Shown piece after piece: positions 1 to 11,844 of a DNA stretch of 33,254 bases. Under the pieces are notes generated by a model that did not search any database, had not been told where the DNA came from, and was given only the letters and a program-made list of their open reading frames with translations. The stretch lies in contig CAJVPI010000362.1 of NCBI GenBank assembly GCA_910592345.1, positions 1 through 33,254 of the forward strand, read 5' to 3'. The position numbers and the translations under genes were made by a program. This stretch comes from Paraglomus brasilianum (lineage: Eukaryota). Each line of letters begins with the position of its first letter. Positions within the stretch are counted from its first letter, which is position 1.

Positions 1-40
1 CACTAACCGCTTCACTAACATTTATTTGTACCTCCGACAG

Positions 41-132
41 GGTCCGTACTACCCACACTGAAATCCGCAGCTGCGCTAGTGTTACCACCGATTGATTTAG
101 ACTGCGGCATCGCTGGAGAAGCGCAGAAATAA
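41..132 (+). CDS. Possible terminal exon of a gene starting upstream of the window
   Basis: Branch-point-like CACTAAC at 1-7 and 13-19, then a pyrimidine-rich stretch and CAG at 38-40, followed by a GC-richer segment and then AT-rich UTR-like DNA. One frame reads SVLPTLKSAALVLPPIDLDCGIAGEAQK*. The frame cannot be fixed without the upstream exon. Confidence 0.3.
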
Positions 133-3100
133 GGAGAGAATACGTCATCGATTGTGGCGCATCACATAAGACAGTCCTTAATTAACGGAAATAAAACTTT
201 CTTATAGCAAAACTTTATTTACACATATCTGTTTAGAGTTACTTGCCTTTTACATTTAATACTATTATTTACTACGTCTTTTTTAAAACGACATAGCTTT
301 TGAATAAAAGATTCATCTACTTTAACATCGTTGTTTGGTTGATTGATAAAATGGAGAATATAAAAGGCTCTCTAGAATCAAATTCTTTAGTTCTTAATTA
401 ATTATTATATGACAGTTACATTGGAGCAGCACAATTATAAATAGTGAATGGCAGAATATTTAGGTGACTAGCACAAATGATTGATGCACAAATTCATAAC
501 ATGTATTTTGATTGGGCTTAAAATAACTGCAGCAGTTATCCCATAGACAGTCTTCCATCCAATTTGAACGGAATTTTGATTCACTGACAAAATCACTTTA
601 TATCCTGAATATACTGTATACCCGAACATATTAATATAGTTTGTTAGACCGAGGCTATTATATCGTCACAAAAGTTTACTGCGCTTTAGTATTGTCAGTT
701 AATGGTGACACTAATGGATAAGCATAACATAATTTAAATTAACGTTTTAATTTACATATTAATATACATTACTTGTCGCAGGGCATTTTGTTACAAAATA
801 TAGTTTACTGAAATTGTAAAGACTAGATAAAATGTTCATCTTAATAAACAAATGGATAATAACATAGTAAAAATGGCCTTAAAATAACGTCTGGAAATAT
901 TATCAAGTCAAGCGCCTGTCTTTAAAAATCCATTACTCTTCAACAACTCATCAGTTTGTTAAGATTTTTCGCTCATTAGATTCGGAATAAGATGAGAAAA
1001 GATAGCGTCTAATAATAGGGGTGTTCATGAAGCGTAAATTTTACGTAAAATTTTTTTTTTTTTTTAAATACGTATCATTCTTCATACATACCTGCTTGTT
1101 TGAAACCTCAGAATAAAGCAAGTCTTTTTTATTAATGACCATATTAATATAGCACAATATAACAACCTTAAAATGCACTACAAAATTAAGGGGCAAATTC
1201 GTCAAGATTAGGCCTACAGCAAACCTCCGAAAGCTTAGCTTCAAGCTCAAAAATCGAGTCATCTAACCTTTGTTCTGAAATAAATATCTAATTAATTACC
1301 AATGAAATGTCCCCAATTATACATAATAATAAATATGATTAACTGCATAACGTCCCTGAAAATCGAGACGATTGACATTGCTACGGATTTTTGACTTTTG
1401 TCATAAGAAGAATTATGCTTAAATGCGGAGCGACTGTAAGTTGACAATGCCTCAAACGTCCATCTAATATTACTATGCCGCTTTGCACATTTGTACAATC
1501 AAATGCAATAGTAAAAATGTGTATACGATCAATACAATTGTATAAGTGTTTTCTTCGCCGCGTATTAGTCTTCCGTGTTGCTTGTATTGCCAATAAAAAT
1601 AATAACACATACTTATGTTGTGTCTGAGTTGGAGACCTGTCTCAGTCCAAAACCTAGTCACTCAGTTAGCTCTGTCCAGAACTGACAACACTTATTGTTA
1701 ATGAATTGTCATATCAACACTTTTGCATACTGGCTTGTTTATAGCGAAACAAATTTCTTCTCTGTGGGGAGCCGCTTCAATTAATTCGCGTTGATTAATA
1801 TTAATGTTATCCCATTCTGATTCGGTATAAGGATTGGTCTTACGTACCAAAGCCTACCTTTGAGCAAAGCTTTAATGTATTTGTTATAAAAAATTGTTAA
1901 TATAATTGGCAAAGCACATTGTAAATTAATTATGGTGGTTCTTACCGCTCTTTGGCTTCCTGCCAACGTATTGATGCCCAAATCATCCAGTTTTTTTTAG
2001 TAAAAGATCAGAGTCTTTCTATATGTGACCTTTTTACGAATTGCAGGTTTTTTGTTTTCTAACAGTTACAATTTGTTAACGTAAAATAGTAACCATAGTA
2101 GCAATAGTCAACAAAACCTACATCAAACGTTGTTCGACAATTAAGGGCATTATGCGCCGCTGTATCTAACTGGTTTGTATTTTAAGATTTTACGTGGTAT
2201 CATGATATTGTACGAAGAGTCGATGACTTATATTCTTACTCACATTAGAATCAGTGCTGCGCAAGGATAACCCTTCAAAAAGTTCAATATAATGGAAGCA
2301 CTATCTGAGCGGAAATGCAAATGCGAGTGGCCTAGGTTGAAGCGTTGAAGCGTAAAGTAATCGCTAGCTACACGCGCATGGTCACGTGATAGCAACACAG
2401 AAAAGCCTTACAGAAATCGCATTACCCGAGCGCTTGAATTTGTTTAGCAGTAGAAATATACTCTACTTGAATTTGCAGACCATTTCGATAGCCAACATAT
2501 TTTCAAAACGGCTTTTTATGAGTGTTAAAATTCCAATGATTGAACAGGATATAAACGTGAGAGCATTAACTCTTCTTTAATGTGATATATCTTGTGATTT
2601 TACAAAGTACCTTGTTAAGTAATACGTACTGGATGGAAAATCAAAATGGGAAAGTTTTACTGCATACAGAGGAGAGGCAATGTAGGCGAAAAAATCTTTG
2701 AAGTGGAGGTCGTGCCAGAATTGACAGATAGGACAAGGTAAATACTTCTTACTATTGATGCAACAGAATGACCCATCTCGATGCTGAAATTAATGTACTG
2801 GAAACTAGCTTAACTTTATTCAGGATGTTAACAAGCACAAGCTAGCAGCTATAAGACTTAACCCGAAAGACTAATATTACAAGCTGTCGTTTAGGATTTC
2901 TTTCGATGTTGTTTTTGGCTAATAGTTTTATATTTAGGTTTATTCCGTTTTCTTTGGCTTTCTTAAATGCTGTGGCCAGGTATATTCAACGAGTTAGCAT
3001 TTCTGGAGTGTTGAAAAGATAAAAGTAAATACGGCCTATAATATGAATTTTGTATCAAACAATTCTGCAACTTCTGAAAAGACAGTGCGGCATTATGTTA

Positions 3101-3493
3101 GATTAATGCTAACGCAAAAATCTCTACGTAAGCACCTTACGCGTTTGTCCTAGCTCTCATAATGAAACGGGCCTTGCTTCTACCTCGTTTACCAAGTAGC
3201 GAGCCAAAAATTAGCTAACGCTCATCAATTGATCGACATTCGAATGTTCAAAATACACATCATCGATCTTCATATACACTTCAGCGCATAATGCGCCTGG
3301 AGTGCCACAACACAGATAAACCTTCAACTCCCGCAGCTACAACTTCGGCATTCTTCTTTTAACCCGCTTTTGGCGCTCACATTTTAGACACTTTTGCAGT
3401 CGACGCCCACTAATTTACTAATCACCTCTCATATTTCGCTGTAAGAACTCGATTAACGACTTGAACATTATTACCAACGTCCCTAATCTCGCT

Positions 3494-4897
3494 ATGGATT
3501 CAACCATAGACCATGACTATTTTGAGTTTTCGTGGACGCTCAGATCATACCAGAATACATTCAAATCTTTACCTCATAACCAAATGATATCTAGTCAACG
3601 CTTTTGGTCGCCACGCAGAGATGCTATTTACTCACCCGAAGGCGGTGACAATCCCGGTTATCTTTGGTGTGTTGATTTGTATCCGCAAGGTCATAGTGAC
3701 CACACATCTCACATGTCAGTCTATTTGACAGCGTGGCAAACAAGATACGAGAAAAGTCATTCGATAAAATGTCGACTAGTAGGCTACGTAATTGAACTAT
3801 ACAAGATAAACCCGTTTCCAATATCCAATGAAGACAAATTAATAAAACTATCGGGCCTCGACATGCAGCGAGATTATTTCAAAATGCGAATGGGCACCGA
3901 TAATTGGGGATTACATGAACTATGCTCCAATAATGACATATTCGGAGGTGACTCCTGGAGTAATGTAGATTTAGTCATCAAGGTCAAGATATATAACAAC
4001 CTGCATGGGTATAACGGATGTTCTGCTCCATTTCATCTGGGTCATTCTTTTGAAAAGTATTACGATCAAGACAAATTTAGCGATGTTGAGTTTGTATTTG
4101 ATTGTGGGAACAGGGTGAGAGCTCATCGAGTGATATTAGCCGCGTGCTCAGACTATTTTAAGAGATTACTTTGTTACGGGAAGGTGGATAAAAAGGTGAT
4201 GGAGGAGGAGAGTAATAACGACTTGGATTGTAGTGCAGACGAGAGTATAGACGAGAGCATGGAAGAGAGTTTGGATACGGCAAGCAGTCAATCTAGTAAT
4301 CAATCAACTATTAAAGCGATCGTCGAAACAAGTGTTCAGGCTGATGTACAGTCTACTGCTGAGTCGAGCGCTTTATCAAACAATGAATTTTCCAATCCTT
4401 CCATGACTCTTCCGACAGATACGTCCGTAACTCCCTCGTCCGCTCTTTTAACTACAATTCCAATTCAAGACATTCCATACGAAGTATTCAAACCAATACT
4501 TTATTACCTCTACACGGGCAATGTACAACTCAATCTTTCCTTTGACACTCTCTTTGAAACCTGGGAATACTCCACTCGCCTCGATCTCCCCCATCTCTCA
4601 TCCATAATTATCAGCCACTTTGCGTGTAATGTCAATTTTGATAACTGGGATCGGGTGTTATTATTAGGATGGACTATTAATAATATACAGTTGAAGACGG
4701 CGGTGTTTCAGTTTGCCGTTGATAATTGGGATTTGATAGTCGAATCAGACAACATGAAAGCTATCATGCAGGCTGATGATAAGGAAATTTTTGAGCAATT
4801 GGTAAATGTAAGGGATAATGGAGTCGATGTCGAAAAGGATGACAAAAGAAAGGGCGGGGATGGTGTTGATGGTGAGGAGGATATGAAGAATACTTAA
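3494..4897 (+). CDS. MATH(TRAF)-BTB/POZ domain protein (SPOP-like Cullin-3 adaptor architecture), intronless, 467 aa
   Basis: First ATG at 3494 (MDSTIDHDY). MATH-like motifs FEFSWTL, WCVDLYPQG...HMSVYL and NWGLHEL. BTB motifs FSDVEFVFDCGNRVRAHRVILAACSDYFKRLL and IQDIPYEVFKPILYYLYTG. A BACK-like helical tail follows. Confidence 0.85.
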   Translation: MDSTIDHDYFEFSWTLRSYQNTFKSLPHNQMISSQRFWSPRRDAIYSPEGGDNPGYLWCVDLYPQGHSDHTSHMSVYLTAWQTRYEKSHSIKCRLVGYVIELYKINPFPISNEDKLIKLSGLDMQRDYFKMRMGTDNWGLHELCSNNDIFGGDSWSNVDLVIKVKIYNNLHGYNGCSAPFHLGHSFEKYYDQDKFSDVEFVFDCGNRVRAHRVILAACSDYFKRLLCYGKVDKKVMEEESNNDLDCSADESIDESMEESLDTASSQSSNQSTIKAIVETSVQADVQSTAESSALSNNEFSNPSMTLPTDTSVTPSSALLTTIPIQDIPYEVFKPILYYLYTGNVQLNLSFDTLFETWEYSTRLDLPHLSSIIISHFACNVNFDNWDRVLLLGWTINNIQLKTAVFQFAVDNWDLIVESDNMKAIMQADDKEIFEQLVNVRDNGVDVEKDDKRKGGDGVDGEEDMKNT

Positions 4898-5125
4898 AGC
4901 ATTCAGTTAATTATATTATATTGGTAAAATCTAGACGGTAAGTATTTTGAAATTATCGCGTTGTAGTTAATGGGTGCTTTATTTAAGAAGCTAATTGATT
5001 CTTTTATCCAAATGCTCATAATTATAATTGTACTATACTCTGATGCATACTCGGTAACTAGACGACATTTCACGTTAGACTGTTGATGAATATCACGTTA
5101 GTTTCTAACCGTGATATGTACATTT

Positions 5126-5145
5126 AACATAACATAACATAACAT
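5126..5145. repeat. (AACAT)4 microsatellite between the convergent 3' ends of the MATH-BTB and GH35 genes
   Basis: aacataacataacataacat read directly. Confidence 0.8.
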
Positions 5146-5362
5146 ACACATGTGAGGCATATATACAATAATACGATCAAAACAAAACATTTATTCACAA
5201 TATTGAGATAAATTTGTACAAGTACATATATAATCAGGGTCAATGCAAATAATCATACACATTATCTATTTATGGATAGCAATGCAACTAATAGTAAGAT
5301 AATATTATTATATAGTACTACCCATAAATAGCACATTATAACACGTGATAATCAACAAAACC

Positions 5363-8300
5363 TCACAAATTGATATTTGTTTTCCATACAACCCAACCGT
5401 TCCTAGCACTCTCCACATCTTCTGTTCCTCGTCTCAATCTAACCACGTTCCCACTTTTGTTCGTATCATCAATCTCCCACCCTCTAACTTGAACCTTCAA
5501 ATCGGGCGATACCACCATCTCCCAACTATACACCAACAACACAATTGTGTTATCCTCATCGTGTTTCAACAATCCGTCCATCAAGTAGAAATCATGTTGA
5601 GACGAATCTCCATTTCCATAATACCTACCGATAAGAGTACCATTGAGAAATATATATGAAGTAAATGATCCATAAAGTACTAATCGTAGAGGAGCTGAGA
5701 GTTCTGAACGCAGCTTGGAGGAAACGGGATGCGAAAAACTAAATTTCCACCAACTTAAACCATCTGATGGGTTTATTCCACTTTCAGGTAGAGAGGGTAA
5801 CGATATCCAACCAGTACGCTTATGCTCATCCGGAATGCCGCTGGTGATAAATGGACAATCTAGCCTTCTTGAATCAACCCCACAAATACTCCATTGTGGA
5901 TTGTTGCTACTCTTAAGACCGCTGAACGAAGCAGAAATAAGCCCGCGTGGGTTTCGAACATCATTAAACATATCCATCTGTCGATTGATTCCCAAGTTCT
6001 CTACTACTATAATCAGTACGTTAGCTTCCTCGCTCTTGGGTAGTTTGAGAAATTGTGTCAGATCATATTTTTTCTTTCCAAAGCTAGTAAACAGTTCAGG
6101 TCCATTCTTACATCCAGGCGCACGAAAACTTTTCGAATAAACTGTATGTCCACCAACAAATTGGTCATTGAGAAATATGCTGCACCTATGTCTCACATTT
6201 ATTGAGAGCTTGACTGCTGATTTTAACGAACTGTACTCGGCTGGAAAGCAAGTTTTATATAATACATGTCCAGCTATAAGACCATGTTCCAGCGGCGATT
6301 GTTTAAGACTGGTTGGCCGCCAACTTAGATTAGCCAAATCAGACACTCGTTTTTGCCAAGAGCGAAGTTGAGGCGTCAAGTCGAGAGTCGACGTTACATG
6401 ATGAGGAGTTAGTTGTACTGTGTAGACAAATGGAAGTGGGTATGATGCATTGGGAATTGAAGAGTTGGATGGAGGCTTTAGCGAGATGATAGTGAGCTCC
6501 GTTTCATCTTCGCCATAAGAAACCTCTAGCGTTTTTGATTGAGAATTGTAGTATACTTGCTGTGTACCCCATACCACGTATACCGGAGAACGTAAGGATA
6601 TGTTACTTTGCAATTGTTCCTGCTCCTGTCGTTGTCGCTGTCCCTCGCTTGTCACTTGTGCTTCTTGCTTAGTCGCAATCACATCCTCTTCTTGTGTTTT
6701 GCGTTGCCCTTGTCCCCAATATGACTCATCAAAAAATCCGTGCAATGTTCCCAAAGCAGCGCGATCTAATGCTAGTACATACAAACAATTATCGACAGCC
6801 TCTCCCAATTTCCTAATCTTGGCGTATCCAGGACTTCCGTCAAATGATACAGCATTAACCACTTTATCACAATTCCTGGTTGACGGACTCATATTACTCT
6901 CCACGACAACATCGCCTTCAAAAGCGAGCTCGCCAGTATTATTCACTGGTACAATCCATATTTCACGGGCCGGGGTTGTTTCACTTGCAGGAAGTGTCGT
7001 GCGCAGGTATATTGGCAATGTCGAAAATACCAGCTTGAGCCCGTTGAGTGTTGTGTAATTACCCAAAGCTATGAAAGACAGCTTATACGGTAAAAAGCAT
7101 TGAAGTTGGATTTTATGAAGCATCTTCGAAGATGCTTGGTAGTCGACATTGATTTGAAAGACGGCTTGTTTCTCTTTACTGAAATTTCTGATGAATGTGA
7201 GTGTCACCTGCTCGCCATGGTTTTCCGTAATTACTGAATGTCTCTGCAGGTTTACAATCTGTTCAATTGGTGACGAAACTGTCGGATGTTCGACGCGTTC
7301 TGTCTTGATGAGTATGTCCGAAAAACTCTTGGCAAATAATATAGATTGGCGAAGGTCTCTCATACGAGATGATGTATAGCCATATTCTCTGATACATGCT
7401 GAATAATCATTTGACGTGTACGCATCACTATATTCAAAGGGAATCAATTAGCAACCGATCAATTTACATGTATACAACGTGATTGCAATAAAAATATAAC
7501 GTTACGTGTCTCCAATTGTTCCCCAGTTCGTGCCTCCATATGCTGTATGTATCGATGTCATAGTACATCCTTGAGCAAGAACTGATTCGAATAATAGTTT
7601 GGTGTAGAAATCACCGAAATATCCAAACATATCATCAAATGTATAGCTAGTTTTGTAATGGTTGGACCATCCTCCTTGTAATTCGGGAATGAATATTGGA
7701 GACTATAAAGTGTCAGATTGTTAAATAAGTATTATCCACTATGCTTAATAACTATTAAGTTTTGCATCATACTTACTCTTGCAGCCTCGCCACCAAAGCC
7801 CCGCACTTTACGTTCAATGCCATCAACGCCATTCATAAACAATTGCGGCTTCCATGGTTTCCACATTAATGACGATTGCTCCTTGCCGGTAGGAGGTACA
7901 GGTACTATGTATCAGGAATTAATGAGACAAGTGTAATGGAATACAAAGTTGATAGTTCTTTACGCAAATCTTCATACAAATCTTCTCTAATTGGTGTCAT
8001 TTAACTTACCAACATATTTACTAAATCCGTACAGATCTAATCCGAATTTCTTCCTGCTTCCAAACAACTTTCCAAAAGTTCTGGCAAAGAAATTCTCTTC
8101 TTCGTCAGCTCTCGCAATGAAACTTCCTAGTTCCGCTGGATCGTTATTGAACAGTGGTACATTGATCCCACAATCTCTAGCCACTTTGCACAAGAATCTT
8201 ATTTCATCATGCAGACCAAATGGAATCCCACACTTGCTCTCAATCAACTTGTTCTCAATCTGCATACCGATCACGCAACCGTCTGGTTTGGTAGTAATCT

Positions 8301-8877
8301 GATGTTTGGCAATAATAGGGAGTAAAACCTCAAACCACTCTCTCTCATATGCAGCGAATCGCTCGTCGTATTTTTTATATCCGGTGAAATCCATATGCCG
8401 CACTCGTAAATTCTTATCAAGTAACCAGAAGGGGTACCCTCCCGCCTGAGTCTCGGAACATATATATGGCCCCGGAGCCGCAAGAACAAATAGTTTTATT
8501 TTCTCACATAATCTCAACAAATACTCGATATCCCTATTCCGTTCAAAGTAGTATTTTCCTTCGTCCGGAGAATGGAATCCCCAGTGAAAGCATATTCTCA
8601 CGCAATTGAATCCGTTTGACTTGTATTTTTTCAATATACTTTCCCATCTGCTCTGATCGGGTATTCTCCAATAGAAGAAATCACACGATATGATGAGTAA
8701 TGGATGGCCGTTGATATAGAAGCAGTGTTCATCCCAATTGAGAGCAGCACCGTATTGAGCGCGATTATATGCACATTGAGCGGTGGAGATTTCCAAGCAG
8801 CCTTTACGTGATTCGATTAAGTAAATATACAGGGGAAATAGGATAAACAGGCCAACAATCACAACGTAAAGGATCAT
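5363..8877 (-). CDS. GH35 beta-galactosidase-like protein with N-terminal hydrophobic anchor; 4 exons (8877-8010, 7904-7777, 7702-7506, 7427-5363), 1085 aa; catalytic acid/base residue substituted
   Basis: GH35 motifs are recognisable: FYINGHPLLIIS..F.YWRIP, GFNCVRICFHWGFHSP.EG.Y.F, PGPYICSE..GGYP.WL, QIEN(K), PELQGGW, YGGTNWG and YTSNDY.A.IREYG. C-terminal jelly-roll-type motifs LIIVVENLG and IFLNGTLIGRY. Three GT-AG introns keep the frame (total 3258 nt). Confidence 0.9.
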
Positions 8878-9700
8878 TGCGATAGAGAGTGGGAAGAGGA
8901 CAAGAATCCGTAAATGATGTCAAGGGGTAATGATATATAATATATTATATCAAAATTTCCCGAATGGTCGGGTCAGGTAGATACTGCGGCAAGTGATCAG
9001 AATGACGTTTGAATGGAAAAAAGAAGAAAAGAAATTCTATAGTACAGCAGAATCGTTAGTGGAAGTTCCGCCGCTTCTACCGCTTGGCCATCGCGCTAAT
9101 AGGCTTTTGGTTAATCAAAGACCAGCATTCATGTCTTATTGTCTTCTACTAATTAGTGTCTGGGGGAAACCGAGTTTATTAGTATTTAAAAAGTTAGATT
9201 CCTATGAAAAGAAACCGGTTTAAGAATTCATTCTGTTCTTAATGTTAGAAAGGAGCTCAGATTTCAGATCGCACCAAATCTGGTTTTAGGTAACCGAAAC
9301 AAAAGACTGTTTGAGCAGAACAATCCACAGGATACGTAGATCGACACTAAGGACGCCCGGCCCTAGCGGTAAGGATGTACATAATAATAAAATATGTGAT
9401 CTCGCTTAATGACCCATCGAAATTAGTAATAAAATGTAGCAAGTCAAAGGGAACAAAAGGTTGGCTTATTAATTGTAGGAGCCGGGGGGGAAAGCCATCA
9501 GCATTTGACATCACAGATCTCTGTTTGCTACACAGGTCATCAAAACGATCGTCGTTTGACGTAGCAAATTGGGCGACGTTAGCTTCATTTCGACTAGATA
9601 GCGCAGTCATAAGTTGCAGTTTTGTCTAGCCTTACACTACAAAGTTTCCACAAAACCCAATTTGCCTTGAGCTTTTTTGCATTATCGTCTCGACTCGCAA

Positions 9701-11233
9701 ATGGATAGTTCTTTGCCGCTTGAAATTCTCATAATGATTTTGGACGAGATAAAAGATAGCCGCACGGCGCTTCGCTCTTGTATTCTAATCAACAAGAATT
9801 GGTATGGAGCAGCCATACGGTATCTGTGGGACAGACCGTTTGCTTTACTTTGTGCAGGTCGGTCTCGCAAGAGTAAAAGCAAAAAATATAGACGCCAAGC
9901 GAACAGTCTCCTCACAACATTCGTTGAATGTTTTACTGATATAAAGGCGATCCAAGAAGTGTTTAACATCTCAAAGACTCATAACAAAAAGTTAGGTTTT
10001 GATTATAGTATGCATGTGCAAGAAGTCTGCTTTGAAGAGGTGGGCAATGTTGTCAAACTTTGGGATGGGCTGAATCGTTCTCTATCGTCAACCAAGGATG
10101 AAATCGACAGAATAACGGCTAGAGTCGTTGGTTTAGCTATTCAATATTGTCAACAATTGAAAACTATCTCCCTGACTCCAAACTATTTGTCAGCTTCTTA
10201 TCAACTAATCCAGTCGCTGGGTTCTGCAGCAGATCTACCACAGTTAAAAAGCCTTACATGGAAATCTCGATGTTCACCAAAGGAGGTTTTCGTTGCATTA
10301 TCAAAAGTAACGCATAACTTGGAATCTATAACAATAGATTTTTCGCATCGTCGCAGCAAAGAAGTAACAAACTCTTTCCAAAATTTCATTCAGTCTCAAC
10401 AACATTTAAAGACAATCGTTTTGCAAAATGTCCGTATAAGTATGGTGTTACTATTAGAGCTGTTGAAGTCGCAGGAAAATTTTCTTGAATCGATCACATT
10501 CAAATTTATTACAATTGACTCGGATGACTCAAGTCTTGGACCGTTTAGGTTTAATCAATTGAAGAGCATTCAAATAGTATCATATTGGGACCAGCAACTG
10601 AGTGGATGGAAACCAATCATTGCAGCTGATTTGCCATGCTTGGAGCAGTTTATTTTAGAGACGCAAATGCCAAGTGTTGTTTTGAAACAAATTCTGTGTA
10701 AACATGGAAAAAAGCTAAAACACATGGCTCTCAAATTGTCACTGGCAAATGACATTTATAAATTGTTGCCAAACGTTTGTCAAGATCTTAGACAACTGGA
10801 TGTTACTTTGTTCAAAGAACAGACAGGCCATCTTGCTGAAATGGTGTCCAAACTGCCAAATCTGCATTCTTTAAAATTACATTTAGCTTTTGGGTCAAGT
10901 TTTCTTAACTGTATTTTTACTAAATTTGCTGAATATCAGTTCCCACATTTGTATAATTTAACGATATTATGTCGTTCATCCATGGATCAATGTGATGTCG
11001 ATTTATTAGAGGAGTTTCTGACCAAGTCAAGACCTCCTCTGAGATCGCTGGTGATCAGTAGAGCTGTTCTTAACGAAGCACATTTGAATGCAATACTTTA
11101 TAATCTCAGTGACACTCTTAAGACTTTGGCCGTTTTCTATCATAAGCAGTATGTTAGTAGTGAGTGTATTAAAAGAGTGAAAAGTGTAGTTGAAAATTTC
11201 CACCTTTGTACAGATTTGAAGTTTCAATTGTAA
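9701..11233 (+). CDS. F-box / leucine-rich-repeat (RNI-like) protein, intronless, 510 aa
   Basis: ATG at 9701. N-terminal F-box-like SLPLEILIMILDEI...LRSCILINKNW...AIRYLWDRPF. Many LxxLxL repeats follow (LKTISL, LKSLTW, LESITI, LKTIVL, LRQLDV, LHSLKL, LRSLVI). Confidence 0.85.
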   Translation: MDSSLPLEILIMILDEIKDSRTALRSCILINKNWYGAAIRYLWDRPFALLCAGRSRKSKSKKYRRQANSLLTTFVECFTDIKAIQEVFNISKTHNKKLGFDYSMHVQEVCFEEVGNVVKLWDGLNRSLSSTKDEIDRITARVVGLAIQYCQQLKTISLTPNYLSASYQLIQSLGSAADLPQLKSLTWKSRCSPKEVFVALSKVTHNLESITIDFSHRRSKEVTNSFQNFIQSQQHLKTIVLQNVRISMVLLLELLKSQENFLESITFKFITIDSDDSSLGPFRFNQLKSIQIVSYWDQQLSGWKPIIAADLPCLEQFILETQMPSVVLKQILCKHGKKLKHMALKLSLANDIYKLLPNVCQDLRQLDVTLFKEQTGHLAEMVSKLPNLHSLKLHLAFGSSFLNCIFTKFAEYQFPHLYNLTILCRSSMDQCDVDLLEEFLTKSRPPLRSLVISRAVLNEAHLNAILYNLSDTLKTLAVFYHKQYVSSECIKRVKSVVENFHLCTDLKFQL

Positions 11234-11844
11234 AATATATTTTATGGCTAGCACATATTAAATGAATTGAGTCATGACTGTTCACCGAACATTTTGATTG
11301 ATACTTGCAATTTCCGATGATACGTTTTCGGTGTAACATAAAACGAATGTCAAATACATACCCAGTACGATTAGCAAACTAACCCTTCATGCTATAACGC
11401 AAGACGTACTGCTGGCTCTGGACTACACACAGGGGCTTTTAATATCTTCGCGTTTTCTGTCTCAAGCAGTAAAAGCTCATATATATATACGTATATGGGT
11501 AAAGCGGGAGTGCAATGCGAAATCTGAGACTATTCTGTTAGCAGGCCACTAAAGTTTCTCCTGTATGCTTTGAAATACAACTTGCTGCTACAACAACTAC
11601 CGAGAGTTTACGTAAATACCAACTGTCTTGGCTGTCAGTAATATATATAACAGTTACATTACCGTGTAGGCTTCCCATTGCAGTACCTTGCGAGAACAAG
11701 TTGCATTACTAGTCACGATGAGTCATGAAGAATGTGCTTCTGACTAACCTCTTTCATCATTACCTTCATATTATGATAGTGTATTGAGAAATTGGGACGT
11801 ATGGTATATACTGTATATAATATGTATAGTATAATGATCTCGAA

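Noticed and set aside
180..2600. Short ORFs of 62-75 aa in the AT-rich left region
   Set aside because: Most use non-ATG starts and have low-complexity AT-driven composition with no domain signal; treated as intergenic.
2626..2740. Purine-rich, exon-like fragment (VLDGKSKWESFTAY…VGEKIFEVEVVPELTDRT) ending at a GTAAAT donor-like site
   Set aside because: Short, frameshifted and not assignable to any family; too weak to call.
5345..7379. Several plus-strand ORFs of 60-152 aa (5345, 5715, 6168, 6600, 7191)
   Set aside because: Antisense shadows of the GH35 coding exon with no recognisable motifs. The Cys-rich run is just the reverse of a Gln/Glu-rich linker.
8248..8250. A-to-I RNA editing could restore the GH35 catalytic Glu (AAG->GAG)
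   Set aside because: The other active-site changes (e.g. Tyr->Cys, Tyr->Asn, Asp->Ser) cannot be repaired by A-to-I editing, and nothing in the sequence supports editing.
9347..9629. Overlapping 87-aa (-) and 84-aa (+) ORFs between the GH35 and F-box genes
   Set aside because: No motifs or convincing splice structure. Probably promoter/UTR sequence, though a small gene or uORF cannot be excluded.
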